Positions 13,501 through 26,981 are shown, numbered from the stretch's first letter. The stretch: 64,000 nucleotides of DNA from Entomortierella parvispora E1425 (GCA_020891255.1 BQFW01000002.1:434001-498000), one strand, 5' to 3'. Numbers and translations: made by a program. The notes: a model not told the origin generated them from the letters alone.

Positions 13501-14942
13501 GATTTGGCTTTGAGGCCATGGGCGGAGAAGGACCGAAGGATGATTTCGTCCACCCAGCTCTCTTTATGAAACTGTACCTGATCGGTGGGTGAAAGAATCA
13601 ACGAAAAGCAAAGAGTAAAAAAAAAAGAAAAAAATTGTAAGAAAGGTATTTCCGAGAGTGAGAGTTGACATTCCGGGGTGAGTGAATGGTGAGACCCTGC
13701 TGACCCTTGAGTTGGGCTTCGGATCCGAAATCGCTACCACTCTAGGAAGTGAAGTGCAACAACAACACAGCCTTGAAGGCTAACGAAGGAGAAGATTGGT
13801 CGCACTGGGTCGAACAATTCAATGGCAATTTTGAGCCATTTCGCCTTCTCCCTTGTTTGTTGCTATCTCTTGGACTAGCGGCTGAGTGGTGCAGCAAATG
13901 CAATTGCTTCTGCGCAGAGTAAAAAAAAAAAAACTCCCTTTCGAGAGCACCGTAGTATTATCCACATGGGCAGGTGTATTGTTCTCTCGCTTCTTGTAGT
14001 TTTTTTTTTGCGGCCACAAGGCCACAATAGATCCCAGCCAAAGGTATTCAGAAAATCTCGTCTTTTCTTTGTCTCTAAAGAGAGGAGTCGAGACTCAATC
14101 TCTAACGACGGCAAGAGAAGCGAGCGAAGGAAGGAAGAAAGGAAGCAAGGAGATAAAAAAGAAGAGTGATCGGTGGACGCACACGCACGCGGGCAGGTGC
14201 CACCACTGAGAGAAGAAGAGCCGACGTGGCAGAGGAGGACGAGCGAGCAAAAGAGGAAAAAAAAAAAAAAAGAGATTTTCTGCCCAATGTCCTTCTTGTC
14301 CTTTGTCATTGCCCTTCCTTCGTCTTCCAGCCGGGCGGTTTCTCCTTTTCCTGTCGTCTGTGCCGCACGTCCTCGACCTCTTTGACCTCCTTCCGTCCCT
14401 CTCCCTTTTGTCGCCTGGATCCAATTCCGACATTGCTCCTTCTTCTCTCTTTCCTTCCTCCCATTCTTCCCATTCATTCCCTTCTTTACCGTCCTTCCTT
14501 CCTGACTTGTCCACCCCCCATTCCGTCCCTTAATTCGCCCTTGTTTCTCCCCCACCTCGTCTATTGCCAGGGTTCCAATTGTCTTGTCTGTGATCTTTCT
14601 GTGCATCCGTCTCTCCTGGCTGGCCCAAGCTGATCTCTCCGACAAGTCTCCACACTTTTGCTTCTCTTGGCCAACCCCTGCTCTCTCCTCCACTCTGCAG
14701 CCTATCCTCCACCTTGACTCGGTCCTTCAACGACCACTCCTCATTCCCATTTGCTCCACGATTCTGCAGGAGTAACCGACTTTCAACTCGCTCTTCCCTG
14801 CATTCCCTTCAATGTATTAAACGCCATTCCGTTGTCGTCGTACCACACCACATTCGTTCTTCGACCCTACGACCTCTGATCTCTTTTCCACTGCTCCAGT
14901 ATCGAAGCTCCGCCCAAGCAACTACCCACCCATTTTACGACC

Positions 14943-17900
14943 ATGGCTGACCTTGCCCCCGCCACTATTGGCATTGCCCTCCCCCCTACCTCAGTTCTCA
15001 AGATCAGGGATGCATGTCTTCCTTGTCGTAAGCAACGCTCAAAGTGCGATGGTCAAGCAATCTGCTCCCGCTGTGCTCGCCTCGAGCTCGACTGCACCTA
15101 TGTAGAACTGGTCAAAGCTCCCAAACACATCCCCAAAGAACCTTGGCAGGAGTTCCTCAGCACTACAGGCGCCAAGCCGGAGGCATTGGAGATACCTCCG
15201 AGCGAACTCCTCAAGGATGCGACTTCGGGACCTGTTCAGGATGCCTCAACTTTCCCTTGGCAAAGGTCCAAGATGGCACGGCGCCGGAAACAGGCTCCTT
15301 CTGCCAAGAAGTGTACCTGTCCAGTTCCTCCCGCAGCTGACTCCTCGAATGATCTTGCTGGCCAGGATTCAATGGATATCAGCAGCTCCAACCCAACTGA
15401 AGACCCTTCGCTATCCACATCCTCTGCTGTCGATACATCTGCTGCCTCTTCACCCTCACCTTCACTCGCCTCGGCCTCCTCCAATTCCACACCCGCCTCA
15501 ACCCCAGCCGCAACAAAGCAGCGTCGAGCTCGCTCGACAACAGGACCTTGCAGAGTACACAACCCCCAGGTATCGACCAAAGCGGCTCGATCTGTCACTC
15601 CATCCATGTCATCGCCAATGTCCGCTGGGGGGCCATCCGCTGGCAGTTCAGCCAGTCTGCGACATCGACCAGCAGCACCAACCGAGCCTGCACCTCTTCC
15701 CTCCTCTGTGATCGAAACGTCAGAGAAAATTAACAGTCTGAGCTCGAAGCTCTCTCGGCTTTATGTCTTCCCGGACACGACGCAGCCACAGCCAGCACCC
15801 CCACCCCAACTCGAGATCTTGCAGTCGCGCGCACTGTCGCCCTTGCTCCAATCACATCTTATCCAGCTGTACTTGGCCCAATGCTTGCCCACACAGCCCA
15901 TTTTGGATCCTCCAACGTTCATGGCCCAACTGGCTGCTCAAGATTTTTGCACTCCCCCCCATCCACTGATCGTCGCCGCAATGTGTGCTGCTGCAGCTCG
16001 ATGCATTGATGATTCGGACGTTGAGCGTTTGTGGGCTGAGCAGGACCCACCCTTGCCCAATCCTATCTACCCCAACTTTGCAAACGGAGAGCCTCATGTG
16101 CGTTCGACCCGCGACATGATTTGGTCCATCGGAGAGTACTTTGCGGCTCTGGCCAAGGCTTACTTGCGAACAGAATTGCCGTTGGTTCAGTCTCCTGACC
16201 GGTCTGGAGGCATGGGTGATCCTCTGACAGTAGTTCAGGGACTGATTATGATCTCAACCTGGGATGCATCTGTTGGCCGTCAGCGCGAATGTCAAGCATG
16301 TGCTGCTCTGGCGTTGAGAATCATGATTGCTGGAGGCTGGCATTTAATGGACCATCCCAATGGCGATGGTTGCACAGATAGCAGGATCAAGATGTGGGGC
16401 ACCTTGGAGCGCGAGCTTGCTCGTCGCTGCTGGTGGTTTGTCTGGATTGCCGAAAAGTGGACGGCTGCCATTCTTACCCAATACGTGGTATGTGGGGCAC
16501 TTGCTTGCACCGATGCAGGGACTGGAACGCGTCTCATCCAGTGGAATGTAATCTAACGACAATAGTCATCTTTTTTTTAGACCCTTCATTTGTCGCTGTG
16601 TGAGACGCTCTCGCTTCCTCGAGAGTTCCGACAGGGCGATATACTTGACCAACGAGCAGTTAGCTACTTCCAGCAGTCGATCCAGTCGGCATACCTCTGC
16701 GGATCAATTATTCAACTACATTACCATCCCTATGAAGCAGAGGATGGCACTGAGTATGACCATGAGGCGAACATCCACGACGCCCAACGATTGCAGGCAC
16801 GTTTGACCGAAATTGACAATCATCTGGAGGCATGGTACAAGGCGATCCCAGCAAACTTCCGACCTGATTGGGGCCAAACTTCAGGGGAAGATGGCGACAG
16901 TACAGGATTTGAACCAGCTGGAAACTCGCAGTTTTTCCATGCCGGTGGTGATTGGTGGTGGCGCCATGCCATGGGAGGCTTCCTTGAGATGAACTACTTG
17001 GCGCGTAAGTCTCTCTACGTGATAGATGCACTTGCCACTCACCATTTCTGTTTTGATTAATAATCTTGTCTATTTTCTTTTGTCTGCACAGTCAAGTTGC
17101 TTCTTCACCAGCCACAACATGTCATATCTAAAGCGCCTTCACCCGTGTCTCGACTTGCACTAGCCCAGATTGCAAACAGGATTACGTTGACATGCGAAAG
17201 ACTTTGGCAGTACCCAACAACGCGGCCCTCATTTTACCATATGGCAGGAGCGGTTCTCTGGCTTGCGCTTTGCTATCAGCAGGAGAACACGTTGAGCGAT
17301 AACCCCAGAATCCGGACGCCCGCTTGTGTCAACATGCAAAAGAGCTATTTCTTGGTCAAGAAGGCAGGAAGACTCGTTCATACTAACGAGGACGAGCCTC
17401 TTACGGAGTTGGAGAGCACCAATCCTTCTGTACGTGAGCATGGATGGAACTGACGAGACATTTGTATTATTTCATTTGGTGGCACATCATTTACTTTTTT
17501 TTCTTCTTTAATCAAAATAGCAGAATGTGCCCTTCTTGCGGCCAACGGATGAGCAACGCGTCAAACCAATGATGGCCGTCTTCAAAGAGATGTTTCCAAT
17601 TATTCGTCAAGCTTTGAGAGATAAAGGGTTCGGACTCAGGACTCAACCCAACGCGACCTCAAGAGTGTCATCTAGCATGTTGTCTAATAGTCAACAGCCG
17701 CAACACACGTTGATTTTGAATGCAGATAGCACGACGACTATCGGAGGGATCACAGCCTCTGTGGAGGCATTGGGTCCAGCATCCGCCGCATCTTGTATCT
17801 CGGCAGGAGCTGCGGCTGTGATTTGTGCCAATGCGGGAGCTTCAACGCCTTCAAGCTATTACTTGGCGCCTTTGACCCCACCAGGGACTTCGAGTGCTTC

Positions 17901-18111
17901 TGTAGCCTCACCCATGAGTGAGTCTATTGGTTCGGCTCCCTCGCCTTCTCCGCCTCCTCCTTCGATGACGGCTGGGGGAAGTCATTGTCAAACCACAGCG
18001 ACGCTGGCGTCTCATGGGCTGACTGGCGTAGAGTCGAATCAATTGTTTTCTGGCATGGATACCAACATGCATCAGCAACAGCAGCAGCTTCATCATCATC
18101 AACAACAACAG

Positions 18112-18170
<59 letters not shown>

Positions 18171-18696
18171 GCAGCAGCAGCAGCAGCAGCAACAGCTCCA
18201 TCAACAGCAAATGCAACAATACCAGCAACAGCAAGCATCATTATTTCACACTCATCAGAACTCACCTCTGGGCCATGTACAATACAATCCTCAGCAGCCA
18301 CCTTCGGGTCTCCCAACTATGTCCTCTGGGGCGACAACCCCTCAAGGGTTCACGCCTCAATCGCCCCATCCTCAGACTTACCATGCTCAGCAGCAAGGAT
18401 TCCCGATGCAACAACAGCAGACAGCTCCTTACTCTCAGCAACAACAACAACAACAACAACAACAGCAGCAACGGTCGCAGATACCTCGTCAGCAACAACA
18501 GCATGGCATGCCATTACAGCAACAGCATCAGCAACAGCAACAACAAGCTTCGATGATGTCGTCGAACCTCACGGATCCGCTGCAGTCGATCATGAACATG
18601 AACCCAGACCCGTTCAGCTCCATTATGCAGAACGAGCCCAATGTCCTGTCGTCCCTGATCGATTATTCAGAATGGTTGAACCACTCGTTGGAGTAA
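14943..18696 (+). CDS. Zn(II)2Cys6 transcription factor with fungal TF middle domain and polyQ C-terminus (multi-exon)
   Basis: ACLPCRKQRSKCDGQAICSRCARLELDCTY binuclear cluster. Middle-homology-like segments (VVQGLIMIS, ERELARRCWWFVWIAEKW). Further exons at about 16581-17004, 17092-17430 and 17520-18696. Confidence 0.9.
18068..18236 (+). repeat. CAA/CAG trinucleotide tract encoding polyQ
   Basis: Long (CAA)n/(CAG)n run inside the Zn2Cys6 C-terminal exon. Confidence 0.9.
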
Positions 18697-19000
18697 AGAT
18701 CGAGGATTGGAGTGTAATAAAAATACCATATTGTACAATGTTTTTTTTTCTCAGGTCCTGTTTATTAACAATTAATGATGGTGCTGGTGGTATGTTTTTT
18801 TGTCATTCCCTGGTATCTGTCTCGTTGGTTTCTTCGTGATCATCATGATGGGACTGTAGAGTGTGTGGTCTGCCCTGGCGAAAAGAGGTCCGTGGGGTCC
18901 AACTCAATTAGCTTCTCTTTTCCACCACTTTTTTTTTTGTCAGCCATGGATCCTCTTTTTTCTTCCTTTTTTTTTCTTTTGATGTTGATGCTTTCAAAAC

Positions 19001-19490
19001 TTATTGATGATAATTGTCGATGGAGCCCGTAAATTGAGGGTTGTTGGAAACGGGGGCGACATAGGTAGTGTCAGGGGCCACATATTGAGGTCCATGAGAA
19101 GAGACGACAGGCTTTGAGACTGCGGGGACGGTGGAGGCTGCTGTCGAGTCATGGTATTGTTGCTGCTCGCCGCCTCCTCCAACAACAACAGGCGAAGAGG
19201 CTGTCACGGCGGGTGAAGACTCAAAGATAGTCGTCGTCGCGTTCTCAGAGGACATTGTTGTCATTGCAGGTGAACCGTAGGTAGCCGTGGAGGCGGCAAG
19301 GTATTGGGTGGGCATTGGCATAGGCATTGGAATTGGGGTAGACGTGCTAGTACCAATATGCTGAGCGCTGTTGATGGAGCCCACGGTCGCAATGCCCTCT
19401 GTCACTGGAGACGCAGGAGGGTAAAACTGCTGCTGCTGCTGCTGCGGCGGCGGCGGTTGCTGTTGTTGGTTAACGTAGTATCCGGCGTAT

Positions 19491-19522
<32 letters not shown>

Positions 19523-20609
19523 TTGCAATTGCTGTTGATACAACTGTTGTTGCTGCTGTTGTTGAAATTGCTGTTGCTGTTGCTGCTGATATTGCTGCTC
19601 GGGCGTGGGGAAGTATGCCTGCTGAGGAGGAGCCTGTTGTTGCACAAACTGCTGTTGCTGAGGGGGAGGTGGTGGCTGCTGATAGTTCACCTGCTGCATG
19701 GGAGGAGGTGGTGGCAACGCCGCCACGGTCACTTCTGAAATTTTTGAGTTTGGTTTGTTGTTCCTGCCTCTGTAATAGAAGAAGAGGCCAATGCCCAAGA
19801 TCACGACCGCAACGCCTGCACCGATTCCTGCGTACAGGGCCGTATGGTTGCTGCTGCCGCTCCCACTGCTGCTGCTGCTGCTGCTTCCACTGTTTCCACT
19901 TCCAATGGTAGAGGTAGGAAAGTTCAAGTTGGTGGGTCCATATGGATTGGCTATTTTAAACATTGCGCAACAGAAAAGGGCACGTACATCCATTAGTAAG
20001 TTTTGAGCGCGAGGGAGCATCACAGAGTTCATTATTTGTTCTTTGTGTGGCAATGACAATGACATGAGAGCCGAAAAAAAAAATTGATCGCACCAACAAC
20101 CGCCCCCAACAACAAAAAGTCGGACTCCCTTTCATGCGACACAACAGGAAAGAACAGAGGACTTACGAGGAACATTTGATTTGCATCCCTGACTGTAAGC
20201 AGCGACAGTCAAAGAAGCATTCTTCTCTGTAGGTAGAGTGATCAAGCATGGGTAGCAGGTTGCTATGTAGAAAAAAAAAATCGTATGTGTCAGACGTGGG
20301 TTTCTCAACGATACAAATGAATGAAAGTGTTGCCGCTATCTCAACTTTTCCGTACTGTATTCTTGAATGACAGTGGCCGTGCAGAGACAAGGAAGCATGG
20401 CAACTGTGACATTCCTAGAGGAGAAGGATACAAAAGGAGGAGAGAAAGAGAGAGGTGCTGCGAATTAGAGGTGAACTCGCCAGGTGGGGGTGGGTTGATG
20501 GTCGGCAACCGGTCGCAGGTGGTTGGTTGGTCTCGTACATTCCAAGGGTGCACGCCTCGTAGGACGTGTAGAAGGACATACAGTCCGTGAGAACACAGGA
20601 GGACGTCAT
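19001..20609 (-). CDS. Single-pass membrane protein with an N-terminal 8-Cys (CFEM-like) ectodomain and a Gln/Pro-rich cytoplasmic tail (4 exons)
   Basis: Phase-compatible GT-AG splicing gives MTSSCVLTDCMSFYTSYEACTLGM|NVTVAMLPCLCTATVIQEY|TTCYPCLITLPTEKNASLTVAAYSQGCKSNVP|PNPYGPT..., then a Ser/Gly linker, TM helix LYAGIGAGVAVVILGIGLFFYY and basic RGRNNK. Confidence 0.7.
19430..19590 (-). repeat. CAG/CAA polyQ tract
   Basis: (CTG/TTG)n on the + strand within the membrane-protein tail. Confidence 0.85.
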
Positions 20610-21479
20610 GATGGAGGGACTGAGAAAGTCGAAAAGAGGAAGAGTGGGAAGAAGGTGAAAGAAGAGACAGAGGAGCTTGCGCTCAAGTGGATTTGGGGAA
20701 CGAGGTGGGCAGGTTCTGAAGTATTTTTGACGAGGGGAGGAGAAGAAAGAGAGCAAAAAGAGGGGAGGAGGGACAAAAACAACGGTTTTCAGTCTTCAGC
20801 AGGGGCTCGATCCCAAATCAGTGTGTCCACGACTGTTGCACTCCAGATGCAGAAGAGAAAAATGACGAGAGCCCTTTTTCCTGAAGGTCGATGGAGCCTG
20901 CGGATTGAAGATTGAAGTAGGTACAGTATGTACATATTTGGACCGCAGGCGTACCCAGCTGCGTGTACAGCTGCTGGATCACTTTGGCAGGGAGCCGCAA
21001 TGTAAGTGAGCGTAGACCGCACATGGCTGCCCCCCTGCCCCTCGCTGCCATGTTTGTTTGCATTGCAGCCCAAGGAAACAAGAAACGCGTTTTCATCTGA
21101 TAGCCAGTCGAAATCGCCGTGTGGCGGTGCAGAGGAGGACCAGCCGTGTGCGCACCTGCATGGCCGTCATCACCGAGTCTTTGCACGTTATTAATCTGGC
21201 ATCTTTGCCCTTCCGCCCTTCTGCTACCTCATTGCAAGATACAGCCGGAGGGGCAGCAGCTGATAGGGAGTGGCGAGTGCGCGCAAACATCGAACGATCC
21301 GCAAGGATTTTCCGCGAAAGAATGGCACAGACCCCTTAAATCACCAATGTCCTGATCTTCTCACAAACATTCGCATCGTAGGAAAGAAGCGACTCGCATT
21401 GGCCAGGATCACCATGAGCCCAACCAAACGACATCCATCAGGACAATCACAGACGGCAAAATAATAGAAATCTCAAAAC

Positions 21480-23126
21480 ATGACGCACCAGATTGCTATG
21501 ATGTCTATTGAATTGTTCTTGGCAGTGCCAATGGGACTGGAGGATGTTGTTGTTCGAAAACTGTCGTCGTCTCTCTGTCAAGTCGCCACAGAGATCCACT
21601 ATAGTCTTGGATCAGGATACGTGATAGTCGTCCTCCCCGCGATCGGTACCCTTGCGGAAGAGGGAAAGGATGTCGTTTTCAAAACACTTTCCGATCTAGT
21701 GGATCACCCGCCACTGTGTATCTTTTCAGCCCATGTTTCTCTTGGAAGCATTCACGTTCCGCGTGTAATTTTCAAGGATCCAGCTGAACTTTTGGCTCTT
21801 GCCAAGCAGAAGTTTCGCCTCAACAACCATCCATCAATGCAGGAAGCCCAACCATCGCGAGAATCGTCGTCGCCTTTGGCCACCACCACCTCTGTTGTGC
21901 AAGTAGACGAGAAGGAGACAAGCTTACACTGGGAACAAGCTCTGGCCGTGCTGAAGTTGGTGTCTCCACCGTCATTTACAGATCGGATGGATGAATCATT
22001 ATCGACTGAAAACAGCAACGACAAAGAGTCCGATCCAGTTCGCTTCAGAGCTTCGTTCGATCGTGGCGACATTCAGCACAAGGGTGTTCGATCTCAGGAC
22101 ATAGCTGCAGCACTTGGAAGCTTAGCAGGAGATCGGTTTCCAAGGTGGAAGGTCAACCTCACAGAGTTTGATGTCGAGGTCATTGGAAGGTGGATCCAGG
22201 ATGTGGAGGAGACTGATCGCGTGTACTTTAAGGAGGTCTCTGCGTCAAATACGAGGAAGAGAGCTCGTACAGACGACGATGGTGAGGTGGAAACTGCAAG
22301 GCTGGGCACGACAGGACAGTCTGAAGTTCAGCCAAGTCAACAGATGGAGTCTGGTTCGAAGAGAATGCAAGTCGGTATAACCTTGCCCCTCGCACTTTCT
22401 GCCTGCCCATACCGCTTCCGGCCCAAAGATGGACGAACGTCGTTGAGGATGGAGATTGCCTATACACTCGTTGGGTTGGCCGACCCCAAGCCAGGCGATA
22501 TAGTCGTCGATACCTGTTCTGGAGTAGGAACGATCCCCATCATTGGAGCTGCTCACTACCCACAATGTCTGTTCTTGGGTAGCGAGATTCTACCGCCCAA
22601 TGTAGAGAGGGCCAATGAAAACTCTCGAGAGATGATGGGGAGAGTTGATCTTGCGAGGATAGAGGGGTGCCGGCCTCAGCCCCAGCCACAGCAGCCGAGT
22701 CCCTCGCAGAACTCACGCTCGCACTCCCGACCAAGTCTGATTCTTGGAGATGCCAAGGCTGTGTGTTTGAGGTCGAGTAGTGTGGATCTGGTCATCAGTG
22801 GTAAGGAGGTTTGAATGCATGTGTCTACTTACCATCCAATGGGAAAAATATACTGTCCTACTGACCGGAGCATATGTCGTCTAGATCTTCCTTGGGGTCA
22901 ACGCGAGAGCTCACACCTGTCCAATTGCAAGTTGTACCCAAAACTAGTTAAGGAGATTATTCGAATGCTTCGAGCTGGTGGTCGCGCAGTGCTGGTCACA
23001 GGCGAACGAAAGCTGTTGCAGCGACAGCTCGATGCGCCGTTTGCAAAGCCGTATCTCAGGGTTGTTGAAAAGAGAGAGATTACTATTGGATTCAAGGTCG
23101 TTGCCTTTGAGCTCGTCAGACTATGA
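21480..23126 (+). CDS. THUMP-domain class I RNA guanine-N2 methyltransferase (THUMPD2/THUMPD3/Trm14-like, UPF0020); exons 21480-22800, 22885-23126
   Basis: FRASFDR...SQDIAAALG...WKVNLTEFDVEV (THUMP), RTSLRMEIAYTL, SAM motif VVDTCSGVGTIP and the spliced catalytic motif VISD|LPWG. Confidence 0.85.
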
Positions 23127-23907
23127 TCATCTACAGTCAGTACTATGCAGACGTCTGCCTCTGCACCAATAAAGGTCTCCACTATACCTATACCAAGTCA
23201 TCGGTCCGAAGGAAATCGCTTTCCATTGCTATACTAGTGGCTGGACTGGCCGGAAAAAAAAAAAAAACGAACAGACAGAAAGGTCTCAGCCCGTCCGACG
23301 CTCCGGACAGGTTTGGTTTCAACTGCCGCGCCTGGCCGTGATCCACTTCAAAAAGGGTGGTCGCACTCTATTTTTCGGGCCAACTCCTTTATCCCCTCCC
23401 CCCACCTCCCTGCTCTGTCGGTTTGTTTGTGCTCCATCCCCCTTCCATCGACCATCCCACGCTATTGTCTTCTTTTGGCGAGAGCCTTCCCTTCCTCCCC
23501 TCTCATACTCTTGCTTGGGCACAGTCCAGCAGCAACGCAAAGGAATAGATCAACGATCAACCCTGTAACCCTGTAATGAATCGCTTCGCGTAGAGCAGCG
23601 AGTCTTGATATGCACCGTCCATCAAAGACATTTTTTCACCACCTCCTCCGCTGCCCTCCTCTTCTGCCGGTTTAAGCGCTTCACCTTCATCTCCTCTGAG
23701 CGAAGATCCCCCACCCAAAGCATGTCGCTGGGGATCATTCCAGCAATCATCCATCAAGCGACACCATCAACTGGGAACGACAAGGGGTCGTGGGCGACGT
23801 TACTCCTTCCCGCATATGAAACACTCTCTGCCATAACAGTAGGGGGTAGTAGTTACCAAAAGCGATCCTTCTCACAGTCCGACGGACCCGTAGAGCAATT
23901 CATCAAC

Positions 23908-26900
23908 ATGAGCCTGGGTGCCGACGGTTTACGGCCGAGTCTAAGGACGCCTCAGCAGGTTATAGTCGAGATTTCCAACTGGCTCAGTCTCGTTGGGTCC
24001 ATCGTCATCATTCTGCATATTCCAAAGGTCATAAAACAGGTGCCCACACAGCGGACGAGAATGTTGATCATCATGTTTACAGCGATCTCCAACACGGGAT
24101 TTGCTCTAGCCAACGTCATAACAGGTATGAAGCGTCGAACTCTTCGGACTTTTTTTTTGATTGTCTGGAGAAACATGTTCTCACACTGATTGCATGCGAC
24201 CACCGAAGTCTCTGCTCAAATGACTAAAACATTCATTTCTCCTGTTTAATTGCAATAGATCTGACGTCCGCAACAGCTTACCTTCCATGCAGCGTCTCCG
24301 CTTGGTGCTATGTAAGCACTCTGGCAAAATCTCTTCATATCCGTTTGCAGATGTTACATCATAATCCTTTGAAGCTAATGTGTGGCCATTCGCGCCTTTC
24401 CTAGATCTTCTTTCAACTTTTGACATGTTCCTTGGTCATTGTCAGCACATTTCGACTCTGCGGCGTATTTCTTTTCAAACAGCAAAGGCCTTTCCCGACG
24501 AAAGCCATAATCCTCTGCCCGTTGCTAGCCTTTATACTCGCATCAACTCCTGCAGTAGCTGGACAGTATGCTTTCGACCCTTGTGGACATTATTGTTGGT
24601 TTCGACTCGAAGAGGTTGTGAACTGCAGGGTTCGATCGCTCTGGGCCTGGTTCTGCTTTTACATTTGGATGATCGTCTTCCTCTGCATTCTCTTTGGGTC
24701 GACATCGTTTGTGATGATCAAGATCGCGGTCACAGTCATGAGCTCTCGATCTGCCTTGAATAAGGTCGTAAATGCGGGCAGGGACGAGTCGTTTGTCTCA
24801 GCAGATCTTGCAGATTCCCCTCAACCTCCGTCCGTATCAACCTTTGAGCGACTCCGGTCTATGAGTCAAGCATTCACTACAAGGACCGCATCAATTTTGT
24901 CGCATTTGAGTTTAAAGCACGAAGGACATTCGCAAGCGGCGGGTCAAGGGAACCAAATCAAAAATGAAGATATCCCAGTGAGCGACATTCGGATTGAGCT
25001 GACCCAACCTGAGCAAGAGATGCCACTGGCAGCCCCCTCAGCCGCCCATATCAATAGGATGGCATCGCTTGGTCTGGACTCACCCACACTCCGGAGCGAG
25101 GGAATTTTGGCCGCTGCAGTCGACAATGCATCCGCCACAGGAATCGCGATGCCGGATCAGACACAATCTCTCGAAGCGACCCGCACACGCTCGCCAATGC
25201 AACTTGTACCACCAAATAATCATTTTGACAGTGGCGGACCTACACCGATCCTCCGCTCCAAAGAACGGCCATTTCTCCTGGCCATCTTACGTCAGGCCCT
25301 GTATCCGATCTCGATCTCAGTCTCTGGATGTATTCAAACAATCGTGGACTTGACCTTGACTACAGAGAGCCCAAATGTAGATGCGATCGACTACGCAGCC
25401 AATATCGGAACCAGTATCCAAGGGTTCCTCTTCTTCCTGGTGTTCATGTTTGACCCTGCTGTAGTTCAAACACGCCAGAACTACCGAAAGTATTTAATCT
25501 GGAAGTATTACGTCGAGTTTTACTACAGTCTGGGAATGCCTCACGAGGGACGATCGTTTGAGGATGCCTTTCTCCAAAAATGCAGAGACAACTTGGACAA
25601 ACCCCAGAATGTTGCCCAGTTTGATCAGTTAACGAGGCCTCCACCATACTCGTGGTCAATCCAATACGACGACCTGGCCATGCCCTCAGACTTCCAGACC
25701 GCATATCCATTGACGGATTCCCGAGGCCGCAGTCCAAGCGGTAGAACATCAGCTACAGCGGAAGGACGAAGAGGGTCAGCGGAAGGACGAAGAGGGTCGG
25801 GACCAAGAGTTGGTCAATTGAACGCACCTTTCGGATCGAGTCGAAGCAATAGCCCATCAAAGCTACGAGACCCACCTTCAACCATTATCGAGGACGATGA
25901 AACTCCTTCAACTACTGCCACGTCGTTAGACTTGAGTCGTTCAGGGGTTCATGACTCCCAGGACCGAAAATCTTTTGATTTCATGAGTCGACCCCCGATC
26001 ACCGAGACGGTCGCGAGACCAGCGGATTATACCCATTTGCAATCTATTCCACATCCGCTTGCGAACGAACCCGTTCCATCTTCATCTCCATCTACTTCTG
26101 TAGAGTCATTCTCAGCGTCGAGCGACCCTCCAATGTCCTTGTCGATCGTTGTGCCGTCTGATGCAACTCGCACAAAGCCAGAAGGAGAAGGGCAAGACGC
26201 AGAGATGGACACCAGCCTAACACCAGCCAGCCCAGAGGAGCCCTCACACTTGTCCTTCGTACGGTCTGGAGGCCGAGCGACTTGGCCACGGAGCAGTGCC
26301 CCAGCACTGAATACGTCTATCAGTTTCAGCAGCAGTGACGGTGACGATATCGTTGACGCGTTCGGGATCTCAAAAGTTTCTGATCATAGCCGTCAATACT
26401 CCTTGAGGGCACCACAAGCAGGGGATGTCTTGACTTTCCAGAAGCTGGATAGGGTGACAACGATCGGTGGAAGTGACCTTCGAACGCCTCATCGCATCTA
26501 CAGACCGTCCATGGCCTCATCGAATAGTCGGAGGAGGACCATGGCAACGATGCGAGGGTCTTCAAAGTCTTCTTCACTGGGAAACATGCTCAATCTTAGT
26601 AGTCCTCTTCGGTTCCTGTCCAGCGGTCCTTCCTCCAACAAAGACCAACCTCATGTGGCCGGAGGCGAACAAAATCAGGAATATCAGCTACAGCTGTCAG
26701 ACAGGGGTGTTGGAGAGCAGGGTCGTTATCAATGTCATTTCCACTTTCCTCGAATGGCGTATTTGATGCATCAGATTGTTCGACTGCTTTACATTCCGAG
26801 AGAAGCTCGACTGCCGCCGATCCCGAACCCGTTCTCGACGGTGAGCCGGTCGCAGGCCTGCGAGGAAATGGATACTCGAACTCGAACGCCATCGGTTCGA

Positions 26901-26981
26901 CAACGGCAAGATGACGAAGAGCTGTGGTTGGACATGGTAACCTCCCCTGACCACGGAGGTCGTGTTGCACGAGCAGAATGA
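23908..26981 (+). CDS. 7TM G-protein-coupled receptor, cAMP-receptor/Git3-like (exons 23908-24124, 24259-24311, 24405-26981)
   Basis: Seven hydrophobic helices: SNWLSLVGSIVIILHI; IIMFTAISNTGFALANVI; PCSVSAWCYIFFQLLTCSLVIVSTF; AIILCPLLAFILASTP; HYCWF...FCFYIWMIVFLCILFGS; QALYPISISVSGCIQTI; SIQGFLFFLVFMFDP. Long third loop and long C-tail. Splice phases were checked. Confidence 0.8.

Noticed and set aside
13875-14693. 272-aa minus ORF and overlapping ORFs
   Set aside because: Products of purine/pyrimidine-biased low-complexity 5' region upstream of the Zn2Cys6 gene; no domain signal.
17908-18839. Poly-Leu, poly-Val and poly-Thr/Ala ORFs
   Set aside because: Alternative-frame or antisense readings of the CAA/CAG polyQ tract of the Zn2Cys6 gene. 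The same applies at 19304-19738 and 56877-57167.
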